A DNA stretch of 64,000 bases from the NCBI GenBank assembly GCA_017411225.1, contig JAFRDQ010000065.1:588-64587 (forward strand), given 5' to 3'. Of this stretch, positions 25,646-33,534 are shown piece after piece. Numbering within the stretch: position 1 is the stretch's first letter; every line of letters starts with the position of its first letter. The translations under genes and the position numbers were made by a program. Below the pieces are notes generated by a model that searched no databases, had not been told where the DNA came from, and saw only the letters and a program-made list of their open reading frames with translations. The stretch is from Oscillospiraceae bacterium. Its GTDB lineage: Bacteria; Bacillota; Clostridia; Oscillospirales; Oscillospiraceae.

Positions 25646-25789
25646 GTAGGGGAGGGGCTTGCCCCTCCCGCGCATACCGGCGTACAGTTACAAAAAATGC
25701 GGGGCGAATTCGCACAATGACACGGATTCGCCCCGCATTGGCAATTCATCTGAAACGAAACTGCCGGGAGGGGCAAGCCCCTCCCCTAC
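25646..25789. repeat. REP-like inverted doublet A (REPIN/BIME-like) with a GAATTC-core hairpin
   Basis: GTAGGGGAGGGGCTTGCCCCTCCC ... GCGGGGCGAATTCGCacaatgacaCGGATTCGCCCCGC ... GGGAGGGGCAAGCCCCTCCCCTAC. Confidence 0.9.
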
Positions 25790-25798
25790 GGATTCTCT

Positions 25799-26416
25799 TT
25801 ACTTGCCTTCCGTGAAGGACAGGCTGTCGAGCACGGCCTTGACCGGCGGGTAGTCCGGCAGGGTCTTGAAATCGTCGTCATACTCCTTGCCCTTGATGAG
25901 CGTGACGAGCAGATAGCTGAACTGATCGACACCGACAGCGAGGCAGACGTTGTCGCCGTCGATGAAGCGGATCGCCTGATTGGCGCCGCAGGCGACGTCG
26001 GCAATATCCTGATACCGCTCGGCGAGGGACTTTTTCAGACCGCCGAAATCCTCTCCGCCATAGTAGCCGGCGTACTCGAGCTGGACGATGAACTCCGGGC
26101 AGCGGACGACTGCGACGTGGGAGTCACTGGTGTAGGCCGGGAAGTCCTCCTCGATGACGGCAAACTCGCAGGTCTTCGCGTCATACTGGAAACCGGCCTC
26201 GACCTTGGCGGCGTCCTTGAAGCCGGAGATGAAGGTATAGCTGCCGGGCTGGAGATCCATGGCGGGAGCTTCCTTCTTCTTGCCGCCGGCCTTGGCGGGG
26301 GCGGCCTTCTTGGCAGGGGCGGCGGCCTTGTCACCGGCGGGCTTCTTCATGGCGAAAAACACAGCAGCGCCCACGGCAGCGGCGCCGAGGGGCACGAGAA
26401 CAAGCGCTTTTTTCAT
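25799..26416 (-). CDS. Hypothetical membrane-anchored protein with an Ala/Lys/Pro-rich linker
   Basis: Start trimmed to MKKALVLVPLGAAAVGAAVFFA. 205 aa; no family recognised. Confidence 0.7.
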   Translation of the reverse strand: MKKALVLVPLGAAAVGAAVFFAMKKPAGDKAAAPAKKAAPAKAGGKKKEAPAMDLQPGSYTFISGFKDAAKVEAGFQYDAKTCEFAVIEEDFPAYTSDSHVAVVRCPEFIVQLEYAGYYGGEDFGGLKKSLAERYQDIADVACGANQAIRFIDGDNVCLAVGVDQFSYLLVTLIKGKEYDDDFKTLPDYPPVKAVLDSLSFTEGK

Positions 26417-26594
26417 GGAATCGACCTCCAATGCATTGATACACCTATTATACAACAACTTCCCGCGGGTAACAACTCTTTCTTTTCGCCTTTTGCCGCG
26501 CCGGGATCGTTTAAAATCATTCATAAGAACTCTATTGACGGTCGCATGAACCTATGATATAATCATTACAACCACAAAGGAAGGAGTGAGTACC

Positions 26595-27155
26595 ATGCAG
26601 GAACCACGCGTACCCGGCACGGTGATGCCGTATTCGGAGACAGGCGGCATGTTTGCCATGTTTCGGCCGCTGATCCAGGCCACGGACGGGCTGTCGCTCG
26701 GTCAGGTCTGCGCAATCACGGGGCTGGAGCCGTCCACGGTGCAGAACTGGGTCAAGCGCGGCTTTGTGGCGCACCCGGTGAGGAAGAAATATCATGAGCG
26801 GCAGCTCGCGCGGATTCTGCTGATCTCCGCCCTCCGCGAGAGTATGCAGATTGACCGCATCGGCGAGCTGATGCGGCTCGTCAACGGCAGCGCGGACGAC
26901 ACCGGGGATGACATCGTCTCCGAGGAGCAGCTCTATGACTATCTCTGCGAGGCGATCGGGCAGACGGATGCGCTGACGCTGAAGAACATCCCGCAGACCG
27001 TGCAGACCGTGACGGCGGACTACACCGGCCCGACGCCGGAGAGTGCACAGCGGCTCCGTCTCGCGCTCTGCGCGATGGTGAGCGCCTATACCGCGACGCA
27101 GTACAAGCAGGCAGCAGAACAGTGGATGGAACAAATGAAGGAGGAACAGCCATGA
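26595..27155 (+). CDS. DUF1836-like protein (MerR-like HTH-containing)
   Basis: LSLGQVCAITGLEPSTVQNWVKRGFVAHPVRKKYHERQLARILLI resembles DUF1836. The start is uncertain (GTG at 26586 or ATG at 26595). Confidence 0.65.
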   Translation: MQEPRVPGTVMPYSETGGMFAMFRPLIQATDGLSLGQVCAITGLEPSTVQNWVKRGFVAHPVRKKYHERQLARILLISALRESMQIDRIGELMRLVNGSADDTGDDIVSEEQLYDYLCEAIGQTDALTLKNIPQTVQTVTADYTGPTPESAQRLRLALCAMVSAYTATQYKQAAEQWMEQMKEEQP

Positions 27156-28000
27156 AAACCAGCAGCTTTCAGGAAATTCTGGACAAGAGCAAAACCCCCG
27201 GCCCGAAGCGCGGCTTCAAAAAGGGCGCGATCATCACGGCGGTGCTGCTCATCGCGGTGATCACGCTGCTCAACTGCTTCACGATCGTGGAGGCCGGTCA
27301 CACCGGCGTGGTCGTGACGATGGGCAAGGTCAAAGAGGGTGTGCTGCAGGAGGGCATCCACGCGAAGGCCCCCTTCGTGCAGCAGGTGGTGAAGATCGAC
27401 AACCGCATCCAGAAGCTCGAGGTGCAGACCGAGGCCTTCTCCAAGGACCTGCAGAGCGTGCAGACGGTGCTCGCGATCAACTACCGCGTCGACCCCGCCA
27501 AGAGCTACAGCATCTACAAAAACATCGGCGCGAACTATGAGAGCGTGCTCGTCGTCCCGGCGGTCAACGAGGTGCTCAAGGCCATCACCGCGACCTACAC
27601 CGCCGAGCAGAGCGTCACAAACCGCATTCTCATCAGCGAGGGGCTCGTGACCGGGCTCAATGAAAAGCTCAACGCCATCGGGCTCTACATCACGGACGTG
27701 AACATCATCGACTTTGACTTCTCGGACGCGTTCATCACCGCCATCGAGGAAAAGCAGGTCGCCCAGCAGAAGCTGCTCAAGGCCGAGACCGAGAAGCAGA
27801 CGGCCATCACCAACGCGCAGGCCGAGGCCGAGGCCACGAAGATCCGCGCCGAGGGCGAGGCCGCCGCGAACAAGACGATCACCGAATCGCTGACGCAGGA
27901 GATCATCGAGAACAAGAAGATCGAAAAGTGGAACGGCGAGCTCCCCCGCGTCACCGGCGGCGGGAACATGATGATCGACTTGGGGAATATCGGAGACTGA
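27152..28000 (+). CDS. SPFH/band-7 (prohibitin-like) membrane protein
   Basis: Start trimmed to MKTSSFQEIL (SD AAGGAGGA; ATGA overlap). N-terminal TM, SPFH core, Ala/Glu/Gln-rich coiled-coil tail. Confidence 0.85.
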   Translation: MKTSSFQEILDKSKTPGPKRGFKKGAIITAVLLIAVITLLNCFTIVEAGHTGVVVTMGKVKEGVLQEGIHAKAPFVQQVVKIDNRIQKLEVQTEAFSKDLQSVQTVLAINYRVDPAKSYSIYKNIGANYESVLVVPAVNEVLKAITATYTAEQSVTNRILISEGLVTGLNEKLNAIGLYITDVNIIDFDFSDAFITAIEEKQVAQQKLLKAETEKQTAITNAQAEAEATKIRAEGEAAANKTITESLTQEIIENKKIEKWNGELPRVTGGGNMMIDLGNIGD

Positions 28001-28013
28001 TTGCATTCCCACT

Positions 28014-28162
28014 GTAGGGGAGGGGCTTGCCCCTCCCGTGCAGCACAGACGAAAGAAACCGTAATCTCAGGCGAATTCGCAGAATCATGAATCTGCGGAT
28101 TCGCCTTTCCCCATCTCGTAATCAAAACTGGGAACGCCGGGAGGGGCAAGCCCCTCCCCTAC
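28014..28162. repeat. REP-like inverted doublet B
   Basis: Same 24-nt ends as doublet A. Core hairpin AGGCGAATTCGCAGAatcatgaaTCTGCGGATTCGCCT. Confidence 0.9.
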
Positions 28163-28250
28163 ACGAAACCCGTCATATCGTATTTGCATTCGACTTGTTT
28201 TTCCTCTTTATTATTGGTATAATATCATATCTATTTTTATTGGTGATTCT

Positions 28251-28925
28251 ATGAATACTGTCAAAACCATCTGGGAGGGTCTGGACTGGTCTTATTTGAC
28301 GAACATCCTCCTTTCGATCATCCCGGCGCTGATCTGCATTACGCTGCATGAGCTGAGCCACGGGTTTGTGGCCTACAAGCTCGGCGACACGACCGCGAAG
28401 GACGCGGGCAGACTGACGCTGAACCCCATTAAGCACCTCGATATCATCGGCATTCTGATGATGGTCGTGTTCCACTTCGGCTGGGCAAAGCCCGTGCCGG
28501 TGAACATGTACCGCTTCCGAAACCCGAAGCGCGGCATGGCGATCACGGCCGTGGCGGGGCCGCTGATGAACGTTCTGATCACGATCGTGTTTCTCTTCCT
28601 TTACGGGCTGCTGTTCCGTCCGCTCGGAGAACACAACTACCTGATGGAGATGATCTATCTTACGGCGTACCTGAGCATCTCCTTTGCGATCTTCAACATC
28701 ATCCCGATCAGCCCGCTCGACGGCTCGAAGGTGCTGTTTTCGGTGCTGCCGTCGGAGCGGTATGATCAGCTGATGCGCTATGAGCGCTACGGCATGATTC
28801 TGCTGCTGGTGCTGGTCTCGTCCGGCATCTTCGGCCGCCCGCTGAGCGCGGCGACGAACTGGGCGTTTGACAAACTCTTTATCTTTGCGGAGTGGGGCTA
28901 TGAACTCGTCGGAGCAATCCATTAA
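28251..28925 (+). CDS. Site-2 protease family (M50) membrane metalloprotease
   Basis: HELSHGFVAYKLGD HExxH motif; multi-TM. Confidence 0.88.
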   Translation: MNTVKTIWEGLDWSYLTNILLSIIPALICITLHELSHGFVAYKLGDTTAKDAGRLTLNPIKHLDIIGILMMVVFHFGWAKPVPVNMYRFRNPKRGMAITAVAGPLMNVLITIVFLFLYGLLFRPLGEHNYLMEMIYLTAYLSISFAIFNIIPISPLDGSKVLFSVLPSERYDQLMRYERYGMILLLVLVSSGIFGRPLSAATNWAFDKLFIFAEWGYELVGAIH

Positions 28926-29733
28926 CCGGCTGGGCGATCCGACCTTCTTTCTGGAAGGCGTCGTCCACGAAAAAAGCGACATGGTGGACTTTGAAGGGCC
29001 GCTGAGCCTGATCCTCCTGCTGCTGAGCAAAAACAAGATCGAGATCCGGGACATTCCGATCGCGGAGATCACGGATCAGTATCTGGAATACTTAAACGCG
29101 ATGGAGAAGCTCGACCTCGACATCGCGAGCGAATTCGTGCAGATGGCGTCGTATCTGCTCTATATCAAGACGCGGATGCTGCTCACGGAGGAGAAGGAGA
29201 TCGATGAGCTCGAGCAGCTGATCGCATCGCTCGAACAGCTGAAGGCCAAGGACACCTACACCGCGCTCAAATCCGTGACACCGATGCTCGAGGCCGCGAG
29301 CCGGACGGGCCTGCAGTACCACTCGCGCCCGCCCGAGCCGCTGCCGAAGAAGGCGGGCGAATACCGCTACCGCATCGAGCCGGAGGATCTCTTAAAGGGT
29401 CTGCTGTCTGTGTTCACGCGCGGCGGAGCCGCGCAGGCAGAGCCGCTCGTGTTCAACGCGCCGAAGCGCATCACCTATTCCGTGCGCCAGAAGAGCCGGG
29501 ATCTGATGGATCTGCTGCGCTCCGAGGGCGCCATGACGCTCAAGGCCCTGTATCTGCGCTGCGAGAGCCGCAGCGAGATCGTGGCGACGTTCCTGTCGGT
29601 GCTCGAGCTCTGCAGCCTCGGCAGTCTGCGGCTGACGGAGGAGGAGGGCGGCTACGTCGCGTCCTTCAAGGGCAGCGACGAGAAGATGGAAGACATTCTG
29701 GATACAATCGCAGAATCTGTTGGAGAAGAATAA
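28900..29733 (+). CDS. scpA: Segregation and condensation protein A
   Basis: FEGPLSLILLLLSKNKIEIRDIPIAEITDQYLEYL is typical of ScpA. The start is uncertain (28900 or a later Met). Confidence 0.85.
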   Translation: MNSSEQSINRLGDPTFFLEGVVHEKSDMVDFEGPLSLILLLLSKNKIEIRDIPIAEITDQYLEYLNAMEKLDLDIASEFVQMASYLLYIKTRMLLTEEKEIDELEQLIASLEQLKAKDTYTALKSVTPMLEAASRTGLQYHSRPPEPLPKKAGEYRYRIEPEDLLKGLLSVFTRGGAAQAEPLVFNAPKRITYSVRQKSRDLMDLLRSEGAMTLKALYLRCESRSEIVATFLSVLELCSLGSLRLTEEEGGYVASFKGSDEKMEDILDTIAESVGEE

Positions 29734-29737
29734 GACT

Positions 29738-30370
29738 ATGGATCACGAACAACTGCTGTCCGCCGTGGAGGCGATCATTTTTGCAGCCGGCGAGCCGATT
29801 GAGGCCAGCCGCATCGGTCTTGTGCTCGGCGAGGAGACGGAGACGATCATCTCCTGCGCGCGCGAGCTGGCCGACGCCTATGAGGAATCGAAGAGCGGCA
29901 TCCGTCTCGTGCGGATGAACGAGCGGCTGCAGCTGTGCTCGGCGCCGGAATTTGCGACCTATGTGCAGCGCGCGCTCGAGCAGCGAAAGCCGCCGCGCCT
30001 GAGCCAGTCGGCGCTGGAGGTGCTCGCCGTGACGGCGTATTTCCAGCCCGTCACGCGCGCATACATCGACCAGGTGCGCGGCGTGGACAGCTCGTACACC
30101 GTGACGACGCTCTTAGACCGCGGACTCATTGAGGCCGCGGGACGGCTCGAGGCGCCGGGCAGACCGACGCTGTATCAGACAAGCGATCTCTTTCTGCGCA
30201 CGATGGGCATGACGACGCTCGAGGAGCTGCCCGTGCTGCCGGACATGACGAGCAGCGAGGGCACCGAGAAGCTGCAGGCCGCCATCGAGCAGCTGCAGAA
30301 CCGCGGCGAGCAGATCGAGCTGAAAGAGGAGCCGACCGAAGAAACACCCGCGGAGACCGCCGAGGAGTGA
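29738..30370 (+). CDS. scpB: Segregation and condensation protein B
   Basis: LLSAVEAIIFAAGEPI ... LEVLAVTAYFQPVTRAYIDQVRGV is typical of ScpB; follows scpA. Confidence 0.88.
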   Translation: MDHEQLLSAVEAIIFAAGEPIEASRIGLVLGEETETIISCARELADAYEESKSGIRLVRMNERLQLCSAPEFATYVQRALEQRKPPRLSQSALEVLAVTAYFQPVTRAYIDQVRGVDSSYTVTTLLDRGLIEAAGRLEAPGRPTLYQTSDLFLRTMGMTTLEELPVLPDMTSSEGTEKLQAAIEQLQNRGEQIELKEEPTEETPAETAEE

Positions 30371-30377
30371 GGACGCA

Positions 30378-30992
30378 TTGACCACCGCGCTCTGGATCTT
30401 GCTCATCATCGCGCTGCTGCTCACGGCGCTGAATCTGCTGCGCGTGGGCGTGGACGCGGAATATGACGGCGAGGGGCTGTATCTCCGCCTCAAGGCAGGG
30501 CCGGTGAGGCTCACGATCCTGCCGAAGCGGGAGAAGCCCGAAAAGCCCAAAAAGGAAAAGAAGAAAAAAGCCAGGCCGACGAAGGACGACGCGGACGAGG
30601 AGCAGCCGAAGCAGAAAAAGAAATCCCCGCTCACGCTCCCGACACTCTTAAAGCTCGTGCGCCCCGCGCTCGAGGCGGTGGGGTCGTTTCGGCGGAAGCT
30701 CTCGGTCGATCTGCTGCGCCTGCACGCGCGCATCGGAACAAGCGACCCTTACAACACGGCCATGACCTTCGCCTATTTGCAGTCGGCGGTCTACGGCCTG
30801 CAGCCGCTCACGGAGCGGGCGCTGAATGTGAAGGAACGCGACGTCTGGCTCACGCCGGACTTTACAAGCGATTCGATCGCCGCCGAGGGGCGGCTGATCG
30901 GCACGATCCGCATCGGGCAGATTGTGGGCATTGCCCTCGTGCTCGGCTGGAAGGCGCTGCGGGTGATCATCCGGCAGCGGAAGAAGCATTGA
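30378..30992 (+). CDS. DUF2953-like (YtfI-like) sporulation-associated membrane protein
   Basis: TTG start after GGAGTGAGGA; N-terminal TM, Lys-rich linker; positioned ahead of the gerW/ytfJ-like gene. Confidence 0.6.
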   Translation: MTTALWILLIIALLLTALNLLRVGVDAEYDGEGLYLRLKAGPVRLTILPKREKPEKPKKEKKKKARPTKDDADEEQPKQKKKSPLTLPTLLKLVRPALEAVGSFRRKLSVDLLRLHARIGTSDPYNTAMTFAYLQSAVYGLQPLTERALNVKERDVWLTPDFTSDSIAAEGRLIGTIRIGQIVGIALVLGWKALRVIIRQRKKH

Positions 30993-31007
30993 GAAAGGAT
31001 TTGCGAA

Positions 31008-31376
31008 ATGGACAATCACGACATCACCTCCATCATGAATGCGACCATGGCGAAGATCAAGGAGCTCGTGGACACGAACACCGTGGTGGGCAAGCCCATC
31101 GTCACGCCGGACGACATCACGCTCATTCCCCTCTCGAAGGTCAGCTTCGGCTTCGCCAGCGGCGGCACGGAATATCCCACGAAGAACCAGCAGGGGCTCG
31201 GCGCGGGCTCCGGCGCGGGCGTCAAGGTCGAGCCGATGGGCTTTCTGATCATCAAGGACGGCAACGTGCGCATGATGAACATCGCCCCGACGAACAACAC
31301 CGTCGACCGCATCATCGACATGGCGCCGACGGTGATGGACAGAGTGGACGCATTTATTGATAAGAGAAAGAAATAA
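31008..31376 (+). CDS. GerW/YtfJ-family sporulation protein
   Basis: VVGKPIVTPDDITLIPLSKVSFGFASGG ... GFLIIKDGNVRMMN pattern. Confidence 0.8.
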   Translation: MDNHDITSIMNATMAKIKELVDTNTVVGKPIVTPDDITLIPLSKVSFGFASGGTEYPTKNQQGLGAGSGAGVKVEPMGFLIIKDGNVRMMNIAPTNNTVDRIIDMAPTVMDRVDAFIDKRKK

Positions 31377-31385
31377 AAGCGGATC

Positions 31386-31466
31386 GAATTAGGAATGAGG
31401 AATTAGGAATTAGGAATGCCAAAAACGGTTCATTCCTAATTCCTCATTCCTAATTCCTCATTTTTT
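31386..31466 (+). repeat. Long hairpin with 7-nt-periodic arms, copy H3; also terminator-like
   Basis: gaattaggaatgaggaattaggaattaggaatg - 12-nt loop - cattcctaattcctcattcctaattcctcatt followed by TTTTT. Confidence 0.85.
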
Positions 31467-31513
31467 ACATAGAACAAAGCCGAACGCGGCATACTGCATA
31501 CCGGTGATGCGGT

Positions 31514-32638
31514 ATGAAAAAATCATTGCTTGTTCTCCTCCTCTGCGCTCTGCTCTGCGTGCCCGTTTGTGCTGTTTCCGATGCGCCGGAAACCTCCGCG
31601 CGCTCTTGCATTCTCGTGTGCATGGACGGCGGGCGGGTGCTTTTTGAGCAGAATGCGGACGAGTTTCTGCCGATTGCGAGCACGACGAAGATCATGACGG
31701 CGATGATCGTGCTGGAAAGCTGTGCGCTCGACGAGGCGGTTGTCATCCCGCCGGAGTGCGCCGATGTGGAGGGCTCGAGCATGGATTTGACGCCGGGCGA
31801 GACCGTCTCGGTCGAAGATCTGCTCTATGGCCTGATGCTCCAGTCCGGCAACGACGCCGCCGTCGCCCTCGCGGTGCACGCCGCGGGCTCGGTGGAGGCC
31901 TTTGCCGAGCGGATGAACGAAAAGTGCTCGGAGCTTGGCTTGATGCAAACGCATTATGTTAACCCGCATGGGCTCGACGCTGAGGGGCAGGGCTCCACGG
32001 CGCGGGAGCTTTCCGTGATCGCGCAGGCCGCGATGGAGAATCCGACCTTCCGCAGGATCGTGTCGACGGAGCGGAAAACAGTCGGAAATAAAACTTATGT
32101 AAATCACAATCGCCTCCTGCGCACCTATCCCGGCGCGGTGGGCGTGAAGACCGGATATACAATGGCGGCGGGGCGCATCCTCGTCTCCTGCGCGGAAAAA
32201 AATGGGATGCGGCTGCTGTGCGTCACGATCTCGGACCCGGACGATTGGGACGACCACACGGCGCTGCTCGACTGGGGCTTTGAGGCATTCCGCATGTTCG
32301 AGGGCGAGGGCATCTCCTATGTCCTGCCCGTGTTCTCGGGCGAGGCGCGCGCCTGCGCGGTCGTGCCGAAGGAGACGCCGAGGCTGCTGCTTCACGCCGG
32401 CGAGACGCCGCAGATCCGCGCGGCGCTGCCGCGGTTCGTGTTCGCGCCGCTGAAGCACGGGCAGAGTTTGGGAACATTGACGCTCACCGCGCCTGACGGG
32501 ACGGAAGCAACTGTGCCGCTCGTCTGCGCCGGGGCCGTGCCGGCGGACGCGGCGATGCCCCTCTCCTTCCCGGAGAAGCTCGCGCGGTTCTGGCGGCTCG
32601 CGGGGCGGGCGCTTTTTTCGTTTAACTTACAGATTTGA
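31514..32638 (+). CDS. D-alanyl-D-alanine carboxypeptidase (serine-type, PBP5/DacB-like)
   Basis: Signal peptide; SxxK (ASTTKIMT), SGN (LQSGNDAA) and KTG (KTGYT) motifs. Confidence 0.9.
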   Translation: MKKSLLVLLLCALLCVPVCAVSDAPETSARSCILVCMDGGRVLFEQNADEFLPIASTTKIMTAMIVLESCALDEAVVIPPECADVEGSSMDLTPGETVSVEDLLYGLMLQSGNDAAVALAVHAAGSVEAFAERMNEKCSELGLMQTHYVNPHGLDAEGQGSTARELSVIAQAAMENPTFRRIVSTERKTVGNKTYVNHNRLLRTYPGAVGVKTGYTMAAGRILVSCAEKNGMRLLCVTISDPDDWDDHTALLDWGFEAFRMFEGEGISYVLPVFSGEARACAVVPKETPRLLLHAGETPQIRAALPRFVFAPLKHGQSLGTLTLTAPDGTEATVPLVCAGAVPADAAMPLSFPEKLARFWRLAGRALFSFNLQI

Positions 32639-32649
32639 GGTGAAAGACC

Positions 32650-33348
32650 ATGCTGCAGCGGCTGCAGAAGTGCATTGCGCAGTCGGGGCTCTGCTCCCGG
32701 CGCGCGGCGGAGGCCATGATCGAGGCCGGGCGCGTGACGGTAAACGGCGAGAGGGCCGTGCTCGGCGCCTCCGCCGACCCGGAGACGGACGAAATTTGCG
32801 TGGACGGCGCTCCCCTGCCCCGCGCGGAGAAGCACGTTTATATCATGCTCCACAAGCCGCGCGGCTATGTGACGACGCTCTCGGACGAGCAGGGCCGCCG
32901 CACCGTGGCGGAGCTCGTCGCGGACGCCGGCGCGCGGGTCTATCCCGTCGGGCGGCTGGATCTCGACAGCGAGGGGCTTTTGCTGCTCACCAACGACGGC
33001 GAGGCCGCGCACGCGCTCACGCACCCGTCGCACACGGTGGACAAGGTCTACCACGTAACCGTCTCTGGCGCGCCGCTCGAGGACGCGGCAGAGATCATCC
33101 GCGGCGTCACGGATCTCGACGGCGAAGCCGTCCGCCCCGCCGGGGTGCAGATCCTCGGCGCGGGCAGGCTCGCCGTGACGATCCACGAGGGCAAAAACCG
33201 GCAGGTAAGGCGGCTGTGCGCAAAGGCGGGGCTGACGGTGCACAGGCTTGTTCGCGTGAGCGAGGGGAAGATGAAGCTCGGGAATCTGAAACAAGGGACT
33301 TGGCGGTATTTGACGAAAGACGAGATCTCGTACATCAAGCAAATTTGA
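32650..33348 (+). CDS. Pseudouridine synthase, RsuA/RluB family, with N-terminal S4 domain
   Basis: LQKCIAQSGLCSRRAAEAMIEAGRVTVNG (S4); GRLDLDSEGLLLLTNDG catalytic-Asp motif. Confidence 0.9.
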   Translation: MLQRLQKCIAQSGLCSRRAAEAMIEAGRVTVNGERAVLGASADPETDEICVDGAPLPRAEKHVYIMLHKPRGYVTTLSDEQGRRTVAELVADAGARVYPVGRLDLDSEGLLLLTNDGEAAHALTHPSHTVDKVYHVTVSGAPLEDAAEIIRGVTDLDGEAVRPAGVQILGAGRLAVTIHEGKNRQVRRLCAKAGLTVHRLVRVSEGKMKLGNLKQGTWRYLTKDEISYIKQI

Positions 33349-33350
33349 CG

Positions 33351-33471
33351 AGAATTAGGAATGAGGAATTAGGAATTAGGAGTGGAAGGTGCCGCTGCGC
33401 GGCGTTTAAAATGATTGGCGCAAGCCAATACCTTCATTCCTCATTCCTCATTCCTCATTCCTAACTTTTTT
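33351..33471. repeat. Long hairpin with 7-nt-periodic arms, copy H4, with a structured loop homologous to H1
   Basis: gagaattaggaatgaggaattaggaattaggag ... cattcctcattcctcattcctcattcctaac then TTTTTT. The loop carries mini-hairpins GCCGC-tgc-GCGGC and ATTGGC-GCAA-GCCAAT. Confidence 0.85.
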
Positions 33472-33534
33472 CTTGTTCTCATCTCTGTTTTTCGGTATAA
33501 TAAATTATTATGTGACAGAAAGCGGGGATGGCTT

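Noticed and set aside
25646-25789. Variable-stem hairpins with conserved ends, considered as integron attC sites (a gene-cassette array).
   Set aside because: There are no RYYYAAC/GTTRRRY core sites and no intI. The flanked genes are core housekeeping genes in both orientations, not promoterless cassettes in one orientation.
33415-33534. N-terminal extensions offered by the ORF track for many genes. Examples: comEC from 33415, mazG from 39188, 25799-26524, 61409-62638, 47673 for addB, 54711 for the AEC transporter, 15305 for the Fe-S protein.
   Set aside because: The extensions run through repeat elements or lack SD sequences. Internal Met/Val codons preceded by GGAGG-type sites give N-termini typical of the families (signal peptides, lipoboxes, Walker A at the expected position).
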